Assembly: GCA_047495785.1 (NCBI GenBank)
Contig: JBLDXI010000017.1
Span: 62,001 to 126,000 of the forward strand
Direction: 5' to 3'
DNA: 64,000 nt
From: Lepidodermella squamata
Lineage: Eukaryota > Animalia > Gastrotricha
Shown: positions 40,093 through 54,800 of the stretch, piece by piece
How positions within the stretch are numbered: the first letter of the stretch is position 1
How the letters are laid out: each line of letters opens with the position of its first letter
Translations under genes and position numbers: made by a program
Notes under the pieces: generated by a model
Database searches by the model: none
What the model was told of the DNA's origin: nothing
Seen by the model: the letters and a program-made list of their open reading frames with translations, nothing else

Positions 40093-43000
40093 ATGGCTGA
40101 CTCGTCGTTGACTGAGAACTTCAAGGAGCTTCGCTTGAAGGTATTAATTTTGGTTATTTTCCCCGTTGTTGTTATTTATGGTAATGATTTTAGACTCCAG
40201 AGGAGATAGAGAAGGCAGTTGTCGATGAGTCGTTGAGTCCAGTTGAACGCGCTATATTTCTGCTATGGTGAGTATACTTATTCAAAACGGGCTTTGTTTC
40301 ACGTCCATATAACATAGCTCTGGCGAAGATGTGCAAAAGCTCAGCGTTCTTTCAGATCTATCCCAACTGCTGAAAAATTATTCGGATGAAGTTCAAAGAC
40401 GAGTTTTACCGAAGATTCGTGAGACTATATTGGTGGGAGCGACAGAGCTACATCAAGCTGCTACCAAGTAAGTCATCTACTTTCTAATTCACAAGAAAGT
40501 TTCATTAATCGCTGTTTTAGGTCATTCATCGACATACTTCAGAAGAGCATCCTTCCACCAGAAACATATGCGAAACATTTCGTTAGTATGATAATCACCG
40601 GAATCGATGCCCGAGATATCGGTTTGACCTGCCCAAACTCAATATTTTCACCCTTCATTTCTGAATTTTTTTCAGATACCTCTGTGCTATGGTTAGATAC
40701 GCTCCTTGAAGTTGTAGATTTGCTCCCTACCGATGTCATTTTTGCTCAAATTCTTCCAAAAGCCCAACACTTTTCGCATTCCAATCAACCTGCCTCGGCT
40801 AAGCTAGCAGCGTGTAAATTGTTGGGTAAAATCGCCGTTCGTCTTAATTCTACTCAACGGAAGAGCGATATCATGCCTCATATGAAATCTCTAGCTCAAG
40901 AACTAGAATTCGATGTCCGGGCTGCTGTTTGCTATCAGTTGAGTTTGATAGCGAAAGGCCTGTCCCAAACAGAGGTGAAGGAGATGATACTTCCAGAATT
41001 GCTCGAACTCTGTCATGATGACGATTTTCACGTTCGAACCGCCGGTCTCGAAGCTGTAATAGCATTAGCACCGCAACTCGACAACGACTCGATTCGATCA
41101 GCCGTCATTCCGTTTATCCTCAAATTCTTTCGAGAGAGCATTAGCTCAAATTCCAGTGCTTTGCCAGCTATTGCCTCAGCGATAGGACGCGTTTGCTCGG
41201 CTTTTTCGGCTCAATTAACTACTGAGGAACGACAGTTTTGCGTCGAGTGTTTCAAGCGGCTATGCACAATTGGTCAAAATGCTGATGGTTTAACCACGAA
41301 TGCGAAATCGACTTCAAACAACCAACTATTAAGCTCTGCAAAGGGCATGGGTCACCTTCATTCGCTGAGCATACCTAATTCGCTGTCATCCTTTGGCGGA
41401 AAATCGAATTTACCATTTTCAGACGTCGAGGCGCGGCCGATTTTGTGCCGGGAAAATGCGGCGAAGAATTTTCCGTTAATTTTCCAGTTTTGCGGTCTTT
41501 CACGATTTAAACAAGATTTACGGCCCTGTATTACAGCACTCTGCACCGACCCGAGTCCGATCGTACGGCGGTCGATCGCCTCAGTATTACACGAAATGAT
41601 TACATTACTCGATGTCGATGCGCACATGCTGACCAAAGACCTATCATCCCTACTCGATGATGCGAACCTCGACGTTCTTGAGAAAATCGTAGCAAATTTT
41701 GATAAAATTGCTGCCGTTCTCGCGAAGAATAGTTTCAGAATTCCAGCTACCCCTGACTCAAAGCCGACTAATAGCGGCATCGTGTTGACCTCACTGCTAA
41801 ATTGCGATCAAACTCTATCGAGAACGTTGAGGTGGCGCCTTCATGTTGATTTAATCACTAAATTGGCGAGTGTTCGTCTCTTCTGCTCGAGCGATGTCAT
41901 TAGTCTAAAAATTATGCCTACCCTGTTCAATCGGCTTTCCTCAGCGGTAAGTGAAATTTAAATTTTTGTTGAATGAAAATTCGAGATTCTCGACATTTCA
42001 TCTATCTTTTTGAGAAAAATCATCAATCCGAATTTCAAAGGGCATGAAATCTCGTTCGTAAATTATTTCGGATTGGCTTCCAAGTTTTTCGAATTCCTCA
42101 TTTAATTTTTTATAAGGCTATTATAATTGCGTGAATGCGCGTTCTGATGGTTTATTCTCAGATTTTTATATCAAAAACATGTATTTTTTTAATTGTATTT
42201 TTCACGGCTGATCTCATCCATCAGGGGTAAAATTTTGCGTCTATTTCTCAAATCGGGAAAATCGGTTGTAAAACCTCTTCAATTCCATTGTTTTTTCCTC
42301 ACATGTACTGCGAATATTTTGAAGAGGTAAACAAGGTTATACGATGATTTCCTAACTCGACTTCCTCAATTAACGCGACTGAAAAAATTCATCTTAACAA
42401 TACGTTCACATTTTCCGGTTCATTGAAACGTTTCCTCATTAGCGCGCAATGCGTACACATTTTTCAACATCCATTCACTAATTTTGAAGTTTTGAAACCC
42501 AGAAATTGAAGCCGCGCAATCTAGAATGACCTGAAAAATGTGAAATTTTAAAGTCACGTTTGAATTAGAAATTGAAATTGAAAAATTGAACTGGGATTAA
42601 AATATTCTGTAAAATTTGATTTTCTGGGTTTTAAATGTAAACAGCAATCAGCAATTTTTAGAGTTTTAATTTTTTTGAAATTTTCAAAAAATATCGGTTT
42701 TTTCTAGCGCCAACTTCCTCTGAAACTTGCGTGTATCAAGACAATGTTAATATTGACGCGAGGTATCGACCGTTACGAAAAATGGATGGAAATATTCCAC
42801 CGGCTAACCGAAGACCTACTACGGTCGCCGAATGCCTACCGCCGTTCGCTCTACATCGACTTCTGCCACATGGTGCTCGACCTGTACTCACGGGCGTTCT
42901 TCAAAGCCAACTGCCTCGAGGCTGTGCTAACGCTGGCGCAAGACCCCGTGCCGAACATGCGCATCCGCCTGTGCGAATTGTTGCTCAAGGTGAAAACTAT

Positions 43001-45069
43001 CATCCGGCTGCCTGCTGATCGCACGCTGCTTCAAGCCCTCGAATCAGCCGTGAGAAAACTGCTGTTGAACGAAACTGACAAGGCCGTGTCTTCTGTTGTG
43101 TTGGCAACTGTCGATAAGCTGGACAGAATCGAGGTTAAAATGCAGCCGATTGGCCGGTCCACGTCGCACCCGACAGGCACCGAATCCGAGGCGGATCTTG
43201 AGGATATGAAGCGCGAGGAGGAGGAGAAGGCGAGGCAGGAGGTTGAGGAGAAGAAGGAGGATGATTTGAAGGCTAAGGCGGATGCTAAGTTGGACAAGGC
43301 TGGCGGGGCGACGTTGGCGAAACCGACCAATCGAGCGATGCTGGCGAGTCGGGAGTCGAATCCGATTGCTCCGACCCCGGCTACTCCGGCTACTACAGGA
43401 ACAGCTGCGGCGAGAAGAGGTAACAATTTCAATTTCAACTGAAATTTTTCCATTTTTCAAATATTTTTGATTGTTAAACGGAACTTTAAAAGGTTGGGAC
43501 AGTAGCCTACCATAAATTTGGGACTCCGATACGATTGAAATTCAAATTGAAATTTGTGAAATTTTTTGAAAAATGAATGAAAATTTCGGCATATTTGAAT
43601 GTTTAGGAAAATACATGAATCTTATTTTTGCTCTGCCATATACCGTATTTGTTCCTATTGCCGCCCGGGCTAGTTGAAATTTTTAAAAATTCGAAAATTA
43701 ATTTGCGGTCAATCGTTCATTTTTGTCGTTTTCGAACCGACTTGACCCCTCAACCCTGGAAACAAATATTGAAACTATTGAAACAAATACGGTAACATGA
43801 TTTCAGATAATTTTCTGATATTTTCTAGGTTAAATATTTTTTCGATTTTTTTTCGAAATTTAGAAATATTTGACTGGAACTGATGCATAATTTAAGCGAT
43901 AAATTTTTTAAATTTTTTTTATGAAATTCTAGAACTGTTAAAAATGTAATTTCTGGCGAACTCATTATTCTAAATTTGGCTGGACTGGAAGTGGAACCTT
44001 TTAATAATAATGCTATACTACTGGTGTTAGGTGTTAAGAATTTGAATTTTTGAATTTTTCTCTAAAACTCTGAACTAAATTTCAAAGATAGCTCAGATAA
44101 TAAGCAGCCAATGCTTTCATACTTTGTTGTTGTTCATGGACATTTTTTCATCCAGTTTCAAAGACTTTGATGGAAAGAAATAAAGGTATTCTAGATTTAT
44201 CAGTAGCCGGTATTACATCTTCCGAATTTCTTCATCGTAAATTTGTCTTAGAATTATTAGGATGGATAATTGTTACAATTTGTATTAGTTGAAACACCAA
44301 AAGGCCTGCTCTTTTTACTAATTTTGTATATTTTTATCAAATTTCTAGTTCGGACAAGTAAAAAGCCGTCTGGCGGCGCGGCAACGCTCCCGATCTCAAC
44401 AGGCGGCATTCCTACAACAGAAATTCTAATCGGATCTATCGCAGCTTCGAACAACTCTCGGGCAATTCCATCGACCCCTTCAACAATCGGCCAACCTCGA
44501 CGAAACACCCTATCTAAAACCGTGCCAGGTTAGCGAAAATTCTAAAAAGAAAATCTGAAAAATTTAATTATTTTCTGCTAATGTGTTAATTTGTTGTGTG
44601 TTGCTTTTTCACCCCATATTTTTCGCTGCACGAAAAACCAACAACAGATTCCGATGAACTTTGGCCGGATAAAGACCACGCCGAATTCGATAATGACCCG
44701 GACTTATTCCCAGTTGATGATGCTAAAAAAGCAGGGGCTTCACTGCCCCGTGGGGTGTCTAGAAGGCGCCAGTCCCTACCCAGCGTGCCGCTTGCGTCTA
44801 GCAACGTGGCTAGTTACAGCATAGCCCGGGGTAATATCAACGGCAATCCGGGCGGGTTTTTGCCGTTTTTAGTCAAGCCAAAATCACGCCAGCCTAGTGG
44901 GTCGAATAGTTCTCGTACGACCCCAGGATCCTTGCCCCAATCGTCGAATAAGCCGGATGAAGGCGGCCTATTGAAGCCGCGGCCGCCAACGGCAGGTAAA
45001 GTTTACCTTTCGAAGCGCGAGCGACTGCCGTTTTTCAAAAAGCATGCTGGCAAAATAACCCTATACTAA
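40093..45069 (+). CDS. PPP4R4: Protein phosphatase 4 regulatory subunit 4 (HEAT repeats)
   Basis: Spliced N-terminus LKTPEEIEKAVVDESLSPVERAIFLL resembles PP4R4; HEAT repeats; DPVPNMRIRLC; low-complexity tail (3' exon borders less certain). Confidence 0.88.
43641..43794. mobile_element. Small MITE in a PPP4R4 intron
   Basis: Inverted termini TACCGTATTTGTT / AACAAATACGGTA including flanking TA. Confidence 0.7.
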
Positions 45070-46086
45070 ACTAACTCTGATGAATCAGCAATTATTCCCT
45101 CTTTTTATTATTCCTTTTGCAAAGACAAAAATCCGCCTTAAAACTTGCGAAAAACTTCATTTTGGACAAATTTTGAAATTAAATTCCAAAATTTTCTCAA
45201 CATAAATTTGTTCCCAATTTAAGGTTTTTCGCATGTTTTTTCTTAATTTCTCTCTGCATTTTCTATAATTTTTTATCCAGCTTGAAATTTACGTTTCGAA
45301 CGCTGCTGCATCATTTTTTCAAAATTAGAAAAAAATTGAAAAATTAGACTCGACATTTTTTAATTTTTATTATGAAGAAGAACTAAAAGCACGTACCTAA
45401 ATTTTGTAATTAGGCTATTTTGGTATATTATTTAATTTTGTTTTTCATTTGTCCTCTGTTTTTTCTTTCGGCAACCTGAACAGGCGCGAAAGCTTCATCG
45501 ACGAAAAACTGATTGATATGGCCAGCACCGATATTTGTTCACCCTGCATATCCACCACTCAATATAAAATCGCACACGCAACGACGGGCAGAAAAATAAA
45601 TGAAACAATATTTATTAATTTATTGATTAATTATAATTTTTGTTGTTTATTTTCGCCTTGTTTTGTTACCTTACTTCCTTATCGAAGTGCGACTATATAT
45701 AATCCGGCGACGGAAAGGCCCTGCGAAGAAATAGAATATTTTTTCTAAAAATAGCAGTATAATAATTAGAATTTTACATTCCGATTTAGCACAAATAAAT
45801 TTTATCGCACGTAATTTTAACATTGAACAATCACAGAGAATGGGTCTTGTTATTTGAAATAAATTTGAAGACCTGAAAAATCGACTGTTAATATTATTTT
45901 GCGTGTGTGACCCTGCTTCGCCAATTAACTATAAAAAAATTGTATTTTCACTGTCAATACAAATTAACGAAAATAAAAAAGGAGGAAATTATCAACAAAA
46001 AATTATATTTTTTATTGCGTTATTTATACACACAAATATTTATTTTTCCAGAATAACAGAAATAAATTCACACCTTCGAAAAATAA

Positions 46087-49000
46087 TCAATTTTGCTCAT
46101 CAGATTCGACTTCGCCTTCCATTGAATCGTCCTCAGAATCGTCGTCGCAATTTTCCATAAAAACAGGCTGCTGCACCGGGTTTGAATTGCCAGACGTAGC
46201 TTGGCTGATATCGCTATTACTCGAATTTTGCGACGAGCCCGTTGAATTCGAATGCTGTAGCATGTGCTTCTTGTAAAGCTGTTTATTGCGATAAGATCGG
46301 TCACAAACGCTACACCTGAACGGTTTTAGGCCCTGGTGAATCAACAGGTGGTAGCTGAGCGAATTCTGCTGCGTGAAACGCGCATCGCAAACGTTACACG
46401 CGTACGGCTTTATGCCGGCGTGCGATCGATAGTGGCAAAGTAGCGAGAAGGCTGATGATAGCGTTCGGTTGCATAGCTTGCAAATGAAAGGCTGCTTTTG
46501 CCGATTTGCGTCACGCTTCGTCAACTCCGCAATGCACTGCAAGGCCATGTCCTAGTGAAATAACGACTTTTGACCTAATTCCGGACATTTCCAAAATTTC
46601 GATTAAAATTCATTTCTTTCGAGTTTTTTTTCAATTTCAAAAATTATCAGCAAAAAAGCCAACCTGCATTTGACCGTTACATGCAACCGTAGAGGAAGAC
46701 GAAGGAGAATTAGCAACGGTCCCGCTATCGCTCGTTGACGCTGAAGCTGATTGGCTGCCGAAGCCTTGATCTGGCTTCTGCTCAAACGAACCCGTTCTCT
46801 CTAGATTTCGAATCGAATTGAACGGATTCACCGGGCCCATATTCGACGGTGGGAATAAATTGAACGGTTGTTGGCCAAACTGCGGCAATTTCTGTTCGCT
46901 CATTTTCATGAACGGCTGAAAATTATGAAATTAAAAAAAAATTGAATAATATTCAAAATTTCTCAACTCACATTTGAATCGTAAGGCGAGAAGCTAGGGA
47001 ACGAATTCGGGGCACTCGTCGGGCGAGTTCCAGCATTCATACCTGGAATAGGTATCGGATTCGAGTCGAAAACTGAAATTGAAATTTTTTTAAATTTGTT
47101 TGAAAAAATTGAAATTTTGAAATTACGCGGGCAATTAGCACTGGTAAGTCTCGCTAGGGCTGCAGCCGCTGCCATGGTGACAATAGGTGTGAACACCCTA
47201 GGATCGAACTGTTGATCAGACGATTGCTTCGAATCTTCACCACTGGACACGCCATAGATAGACCCATCGCTATTGGACCTTTGCAGAAGGTGCTGATTCG
47301 CAATATGCTTATAGGCCTCGGCAAACGAATTGAACACCTTGCCACAGGTGTGGCACGGGTAGGAAGCATCTGACGTGCCAAATGGGAGATAAGGGTGGAA
47401 CTGGTTGCTATGCCCCTCTTGGCTGAAAAACGACGACAATTTGCACCTGGTCATAGGAGGCGTCGGAAGGGTGCTCGACGGGTGCTTCGTGGGTGTCGTA
47501 GTGGGTGCCACGTTGGAACCGCAGCTGTGTTTCGCTTGAACATGAAGCTCCAACGCCGGGTAATTAGGAAACGCCTCGCTTTGGCACAGGATACACTGAA
47601 CCCATCGGTGAACATTGACCAGGTGCTGGCGAAGGGTGTCGGGTGACTCGAAGGGTGACATGCATTCGATGCATCGATTAACGATCGAGGCGCCATCTTT
47701 CGCACAATTCTTCGACGACAAGTCCATACCTTGTTTGACAGGGAGTTGAAAATTGTTGGACTGATTGCTGTTGCTATTTGGGTCCTGTTGATTAGATGGT
47801 GACGGTGAGGGCCTGTTAATTAGCTCACGGCGCGCGTGCGACTTCCAAAAATGTTCAATCACTGCTGCCCTTTCCGTACCAACGAACGTGCACAATGAGC
47901 AACCATACGTGACAACACCTAATTAACAAGGAAAAAAGTTCACGTAAATTGGAGAAAAAAAACAGAAAGCAGCTATTTAAAGATCTAAATTAACCTCGCA
48001 AGTCAATTAATTAGAAGGAGAAAAATGATATGGACAAAAATTAAGAATACATTTTCGAAGCATCGCCGATGCCAAATTTGGACATGATTTAAAAAATGTT
48101 TTTCGGCTATTTTTAGGTGATTTAACTATCACAAAAAAATCGATAAAAATTCAAATTTAAAAATAAAAAAAAATCGATTTTGCATACGCGATTTTGCACT
48201 CGAAATTAAGGTGGATGGCCCAGCCCGAACTACTAATTTTAGTTTCGTTATTCTGTTCTTCTGATAAATAATGAGAGGTCCCAAATCGGCAACCAGTGTC
48301 GCACAGAAGTTGCGCAACTATTTTTTTTATTCAACAATTTTTGGAGGAAATTCAACTACTTTTTTTAAAATCAAACCTACCGAGAGAATCTCTGATCTTT
48401 TCTTCACAATTTGACCGAATAAATAAAAAATTTACCGGTGAAAATCCGGAAAACCCCGATGGTTACTGGTTCCATAATTTTCGGTATTTCCCCGGTTTGA
48501 CCAAATTTTTTAATCCCATTAACAAGTGGCATAATTGATTACTATTCTCGAGCTTTTTTCTAAACATTTTCTGGCCATCAGATGCGACTTTGTCTCTCAT
48601 TTCAGAGTTACTGAACCTTTTCCGTGCGCATTTACGCAACCAAATTTACGGTGATCGGAACCAGATTTGCTGTTAGCGGAACCAAATTTTGGAATTCACT
48701 AGTGGCCGGAAATTGCATATTTTTCGCGTGTCAAGATTGAGCACAATAATTCTACAAAAATCACCAGTAAATTCAGCGTACCCTTCTCTATAAGACAGTT
48801 CAATTCGCAGAACTCATGCTTCGCCTAAAATTCGTTGAATTATTCAAAAAAGGAATATTGGCATATTTCGACTTTAGTTCCGCTCACCGTAAATTTGGTT
48901 CCGGTAAAAGATATTCCGTTTTCTTTGCTTGCGTTACTTATGGGACACGCTGTATTAGAATACTGTCGAGACAAGCCAAAGGCGATGTTATGAAAATTTC

Positions 49001-49331
49001 AAATTGTTGACATCAGTATAGAAAATTTTCTACGCTAAATTTGCGTGCCAATAATTTCACATTAATCAGTGAAAATACAATTTTCGTAGTGCGGATGTAA
49101 AATTTAAAAATTAAAAATTAAAAAAAGAAAATTACAGTGAATAGCATCGATATGCCGCTTCAAATCGTCCAAACCCAGCGTTGAAAATTGGCATTTATCG
49201 CAAAAATACTTGAATTCACTCGCATTCGACTCCATATTGTCAGCATTCGTATTATTACTTGATATAGCCGAAATTGAAAACGGTTGGCTGCCAACGTTTT
49301 GGCCCGCGCTAATAGACTGATTATTTGCCAT
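46087..49331 (-). CDS. Multi-C2H2 zinc-finger transcription factor
   Basis: About five exons; scattered C2H2 fingers plus a C-terminal triplet with linkers HAGIKPYAC and HQGLKPFRC; acidic tail. Confidence 0.85.
48295..48953. mobile_element. Degenerate Tc1/mariner-like MITE; related partial copy at ~60345-60591
   Basis: Imperfect TIRs; terminal TTTCTTTGCTTGCGTTAC-TATGGGACACGCTGT and internal blocks recur near 60350-60590. Confidence 0.6.
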
Positions 49332-51074
49332 ACTTTTTACATAGAAAATTCTACTCAGAAATATAGAAGAAAACTCGAGACTATAGCAGGTGATGAATTT
49401 TTATATATATAGCATAGATTGGCCCAGGTCAAACAAAGCTATTTGTGATAATGAATGGTAATAAAATATTGGTTAAATCTAGTTTCAGACAAATAGAAAT
49501 CAGTAGAAATAATAGGCCTCCTATAGCGGTGTTCCCAATATTTGTGCGGTATTATAACCTCATTCGTGGACAGGCCGTAGCACGTGCGAATAGAAAGCAA
49601 TTAAGCAGTGCAAGCAAAAACTGCTGCTCCCCGCGGACGTGAAAACAAGTGGTCCGGGTCACCGTTTTCTTATAATTAACACAGCAATAATTTATTGTGT
49701 TAAATTTTTCGAATTTAATTTAAGGAATGAAAACGTAGAAAATTTTTTAGATTTTTACGCAATTTATAGGTCATCATGCTCTAAATTAGCGCGTGAAATC
49801 GCTAAAACGAGACATTTATTCTCAACTCTGTGTTCTTATATCAAATTACGTTCAATGAGACAATATACGTGTCATTTTCTGATTAACAATTGTTACGATG
49901 ATGGCCCACGTGTTTTAAATAGAAAATAAATTATTTATTAAACTTTGATAAACTTCAGGACTTGGCCATAGTAACTAGGGCGAAATTGTAAAATCTATTT
50001 ATAGAAACCCGGCCGATGTCTTTTTTGTTTTACGCCTAATAATAGACCAATTTTCTAGAAAATTTGTTCACGTGAATGTTGGCTATAAACATGCACTGGA
50101 AGTCCCCAGTCAGGTTTTCTTTCACAAAATTTCTATAAAATCCAGCTGCGTTAGGACGCGTTCTGGATCCGTGACTCGAGAAATGAACCTGGCAATGAAA
50201 TTTTAAAATTATATTTCTCGGCGCAGTAATGACCTTCTTTACCGCGTGCGGTTTTTTAAGCCGAATTATACGTGTCATCATTATTTTTAATTCGAAGCTA
50301 TTTTTTATCTGACAATAGCTCGCGGACATCACGTCATGCATTTAGAAAAAAAATCTCGAACAATTGTTGTTCGATACGCCCGATGTCCACGTGGAATCAG
50401 TTTTATCGAAATGCGTTCTAAAACATGCCTAATGAAGTCACACCACAGCAGAAGTAGGTATTACTCTGCGAATAAAACGACGAATAGCGGATGGAATATT
50501 CAATTGCTGTATCGTTGCGATATCCTTTTATTTTACCACACAATAAGGTTACATATTATCCACGTAAACCTTAGCTAATCATATTATGCTTCGGGTAATT
50601 TCGAGGTATAAAGGGTGCAGTGTTTTCTACGGGTTGGCAGTGTCCCAATATTTAGACAGAGAAATCAGAGCAATGAAGTATGCGTGCGTTTAATATCCTA
50701 TCTTATTTATTAAATTTGGGTAATTTAAGAGGGCCATTTCGTTCAATTTTGTCATGTAAATTCGTCAAAATCAAAGTTGATGGCTAAAAATCACGGGGAC
50801 ATTTTTCCAATTATCAACATGAGCGCAATACGAGCGGGTTATAGCCCATGTTCCATCAAACCATCAAACAAGCAATTTCGAGTTATGAATGAAAATTTTC
50901 TTGCAGACTATGACTAGCTACATCTTGATCGATTGCGATTTGCAATTCGGAATCGATAGGCCCAGTTGCAGCTTGAAGTCCTGGTTAGCTCTAAAAAATC
51001 ATAGATTAAATTGAAAAAATCGCTGGCAGCGGGACAACCTCATAATCATGCTCACATTGGTTTATGCAAGTTGC

Positions 51075-51365
51075 GTTTCGAAATTTCGCACGCTCTGCGA
51101 CATTTGCGCTAACGACACATGAGCCATTCATATATTAAATATCATTTAGTTATGACCCTTGGCTATGCGAGCGGAGCGAGCATGCCCAGCTCGACCTCTA
51201 TAGTGTTCAATGTGCAATATATTTGAATAACAAAAATAAAATAAATTTGGCTCAAATGTCGTTTTAGAAAATATATATAAAATTTAGCGCAGTTGTCGTT
51301 GGCGCAAATGTCTGGCTGAGTTGTCGCTTGGCTCAGCTCAGTTGGCGCAAACGTCGTAGAACCTG
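51075..51365. repeat. Copy of the CGAGCGGAGCGAGCATG-core repeat family
   Basis: Core 51160-51203 nearly identical to 62184-62229; GCTGAGTTGTCGC subrepeats as at 14.7 kb. Confidence 0.7.
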
Positions 51366-51887
51366 CATTTCGTATCTGTAACGCCATCTCCAACCTCTAA
51401 CACTGCCATTTATTCGAGGGTGACTACTTCTTCGGGCAGGCGGGCAATTTCTTTCAGCAGCTTTTAGAAAAGCACCCTAACGAAGGGTAACGAAGGGGCA
51501 ACCCCAAACTTGATCACTTTTGTGATACCTATAATTCGCGTAGGAGTTATGCTTACCCCCTTTTATATTTTTTGTCAGCTGATGTCACCACTGTTTATAG
51601 ACACTAGAAGGTGGACGCCGACAAAGTATCGGGCTTTTGAATCAATCGAAAGTCAAGACAAAAAAATCAATTTTTTTCGATAATGATCGAATATTCAATG
51701 ATCAGGTTTATTCGACTATTCAAGATGACAAATAATAACTAGCAGAAAACAAGCTCTTTCATTAGGAGCATTTTAGTAATCCAATATAAGCAAAATAGAT
51801 AGCTTTGATAAGGATAGTCGACGAAGAAGCCTCAAAACCGGCAGTTCTCGTCAAAAGTCGAAAGTGAGAATGTCAGTAGATCTTTGT

Positions 51888-54800
51888 TTAAATGGCATAA
51901 CAGGCAAATGGATCAAGGAACGGGCCATTCGGCGACTGCAACGAAGCGAGAAACTAACAAGGCGAATAAATGAAAGAATATACTGACCTCACCCGGGCGG
52001 CATTTATCACGGCGGCATTCGAAAGATTCGACACCCTTGAAGCAACGATAGTAAGTCTGCACAAGGGAACAAACATAGACAATACAGATACTTTTTGCGC
52101 CAAAATGACCTTATAAGCGGCTATGTGGTTGCACACCAGCAGATTGCGGCCGAAATACCCGTAACCGTTGAAGTTCGGAGACTGGTTGGAGTGAAAGGTT
52201 TGGAGGTTGGTAATCAGTTATAATCTCGCAATAAACCCACCACTGTTGTTTCGTTAGCCATGCACTTCATACCACCTGCTATGCATCGGAATCCGCCATT
52301 GCTCTCGCACTTTCTAGCCGGCTTGAAAAAGGATTCAAATAAGTATACAATATACAATTTACAACGAAGCGAAATTCCCGCGGGCAATAATTTTGCAAGT
52401 TTAAAAAATTCCACGAATTCCAGGAAAGAGCCGATTCATGAATTCTTGATCTAACTATACATTTAATGAAATCAACTAACCCCAAGATTGCATTTACTCA
52501 ACGGGAAAGTCGTGTTAGGGCCACCAAGCTGTTCCTCACCAGCCAGGCATGGCTTACGGCAACCTTCGAACTCCTTCGTTTTTGAGTTGATGCAGCGAGC
52601 CCTCCGCTCCTCCTCAGCAGGGGGCTGCTGAGGATCAACTGCATAAATTAGCAACATTACAACACTCACTGAGGTTTAAAGTGCGGTGTTGAGAAAACGT
52701 TTCCTTACCCAACTTCTTAGGAGAAGCGCAGGGTGACAGACTTGGCGGATTTCCAGCCATACAAGTGAGCCCAGGACCATTGCCCAAGTTGCGGCACGCG
52801 TTACCGGAGTCGTTGCGGCTGCCGCGGGGGAACAGCAGTTTCGTAAAGTTCTGTTGAGTCGACCATGGCAGGCACGGGCCGTTCGAGAGGCTAGTCGCAA
52901 TGGCGGATCCTTCGTAATCGTAAGCACTCTGTGTGATTGTCAATTCTAGGTCCACAGAGGTCGCAGCAACTTGCGGACAAGTCGCGTAAACGACTAGCTT
53001 AAAGCCATTCTGTGGCGTGAAGCCCTTCGATCTGAAATAGACCATCGCCCGGTTATTGTTCGTGACGAAGGCCCGTCCGCTGTTAACACCGCACTCGCAA
53101 AACCTGTAAAATAGGAAAAATCAGGATTTTACACTAAAAAGCTGAAAAAACTGAACGAACTTGAATCCAGGGTATCCGTCTTCGCCAAAGTCGCGAATGA
53201 TGACGTAGTCTTCACATGCTCTTGTGTCTATTACGTAAAAAAAGATATTAGACATTTTAGTTTGTTATACGATATTATTTAGAAGCAACGAACAGCTCAT
53301 ACACGGCATCTTCGGTCGCTCTTCGAAGGCGAAAATCAAGCCACTCGTAGCATCCTGTGACATAAACGATTACAGTATGCAAAAGAAAACGTATCATTCT
53401 TATACCGTTGAGACAAGCCATGAGCAAGAACTGCCGGCAGTGTATTGACCAGGATAGTTTGGCGAAGTAATCACAGCTGATTTGCAAGGTGTCACGGTCA
53501 CAAGGCCGCCGCAGCTGTTGGGCGGGATTGCCGGGGCGAACGAGTCACACAGGTCCGAACCGAATCCGGGCGGGCATCTGCATTTTTCGCACGCTTGTGT
53601 CGGGTCGGGAAACCCGCCGTTATGGCAAACCAATTGCTGACATTTTGGGAATGCGTCTAAAAAAATATTTGGAATAATTCATCTGCTATCCTTAACTGCT
53701 ACTAGTGGTAGCAATAATCATGATCTACCTATAATCTACGATTTAATTATCCGCATTTTTTTTTGCAAAATAAAATTTCAGAAGCAGATTTTTCTTATCC
53801 ATCGGATATTATTGATAGGTACTAGTTATAAATTGTTTCGGACTGAAGCTAAACATAATTTATATTCTGGGACTTACTTTTACCGTGACGATTTTCGATT
53901 TCGGAAATTTCTAAAATCCAACAATAAGTTACCACAATCCTGGCCACCACAATCAGGCCACCTGTAAAAATCAGGCCAGTTGTGAGTCTGAAAGACACTG
54001 TTATAACTGGTCTAGACTGGTTTCTCTCTTTGATATATGCAAAATTGGCTTCTACTTCACGATTCCGACTTTTGAATTCTAAACAATTGCTGGATGATCT
54101 CAAACCGGTAGTGGATAACATGGACACTTCTGATTTCCATTATCTGAATCTCGTAAGCTTTGACGTTTCATCACTGTTCACCACTATACCGCGACAAAAA
54201 TTTTTGCAAGTACTTAAGCATGAATTCGAGCAGGTGATTGAAAGCCAAGTACTTACTATTTATGACTTATTCGGCCTTAATGTTGATGACATTTTGGAAT
54301 TGACTGAAATTCTGTTGGATAATATCTACTTCTGTTACAATAATGAAGTTTATAAACAAGTCTCTGGAGTTCCGATGGGTGGACATAGCTCACCAGCTGC
54401 AGCTGAGATCTACATGATGGCTTTTGAGAAACGGATCTCTGTTGATTTTCCGAGACACATCAGGTTCTGGCGAAGAATGGTGGACGACGTTTTCTGTATG
54501 TGGGTACGGGATCCGCTGATCAACGTGACTGAGATCCGAGATTTCTTCGAACATCTGAATAAGACTGGCGATGACTGGGGGTTGAAGTTCACGGCGGAAT
54601 TCGATACAGATGGTATACTAAATGTCTTGGATCTCAGCTTTATCGTGAAACCAGATGGAGGACTATCACATCGATTTTACAGGAAACCTATGGCGCCTAC
54701 TAATATTCTGAATGCTAAATCTAATCACCCTCGCAATATTCTGTATAACACTGTCTTTAACTTCGCGAAAAGGGTTTTTCAGAACTGTAGCACCGACCAA

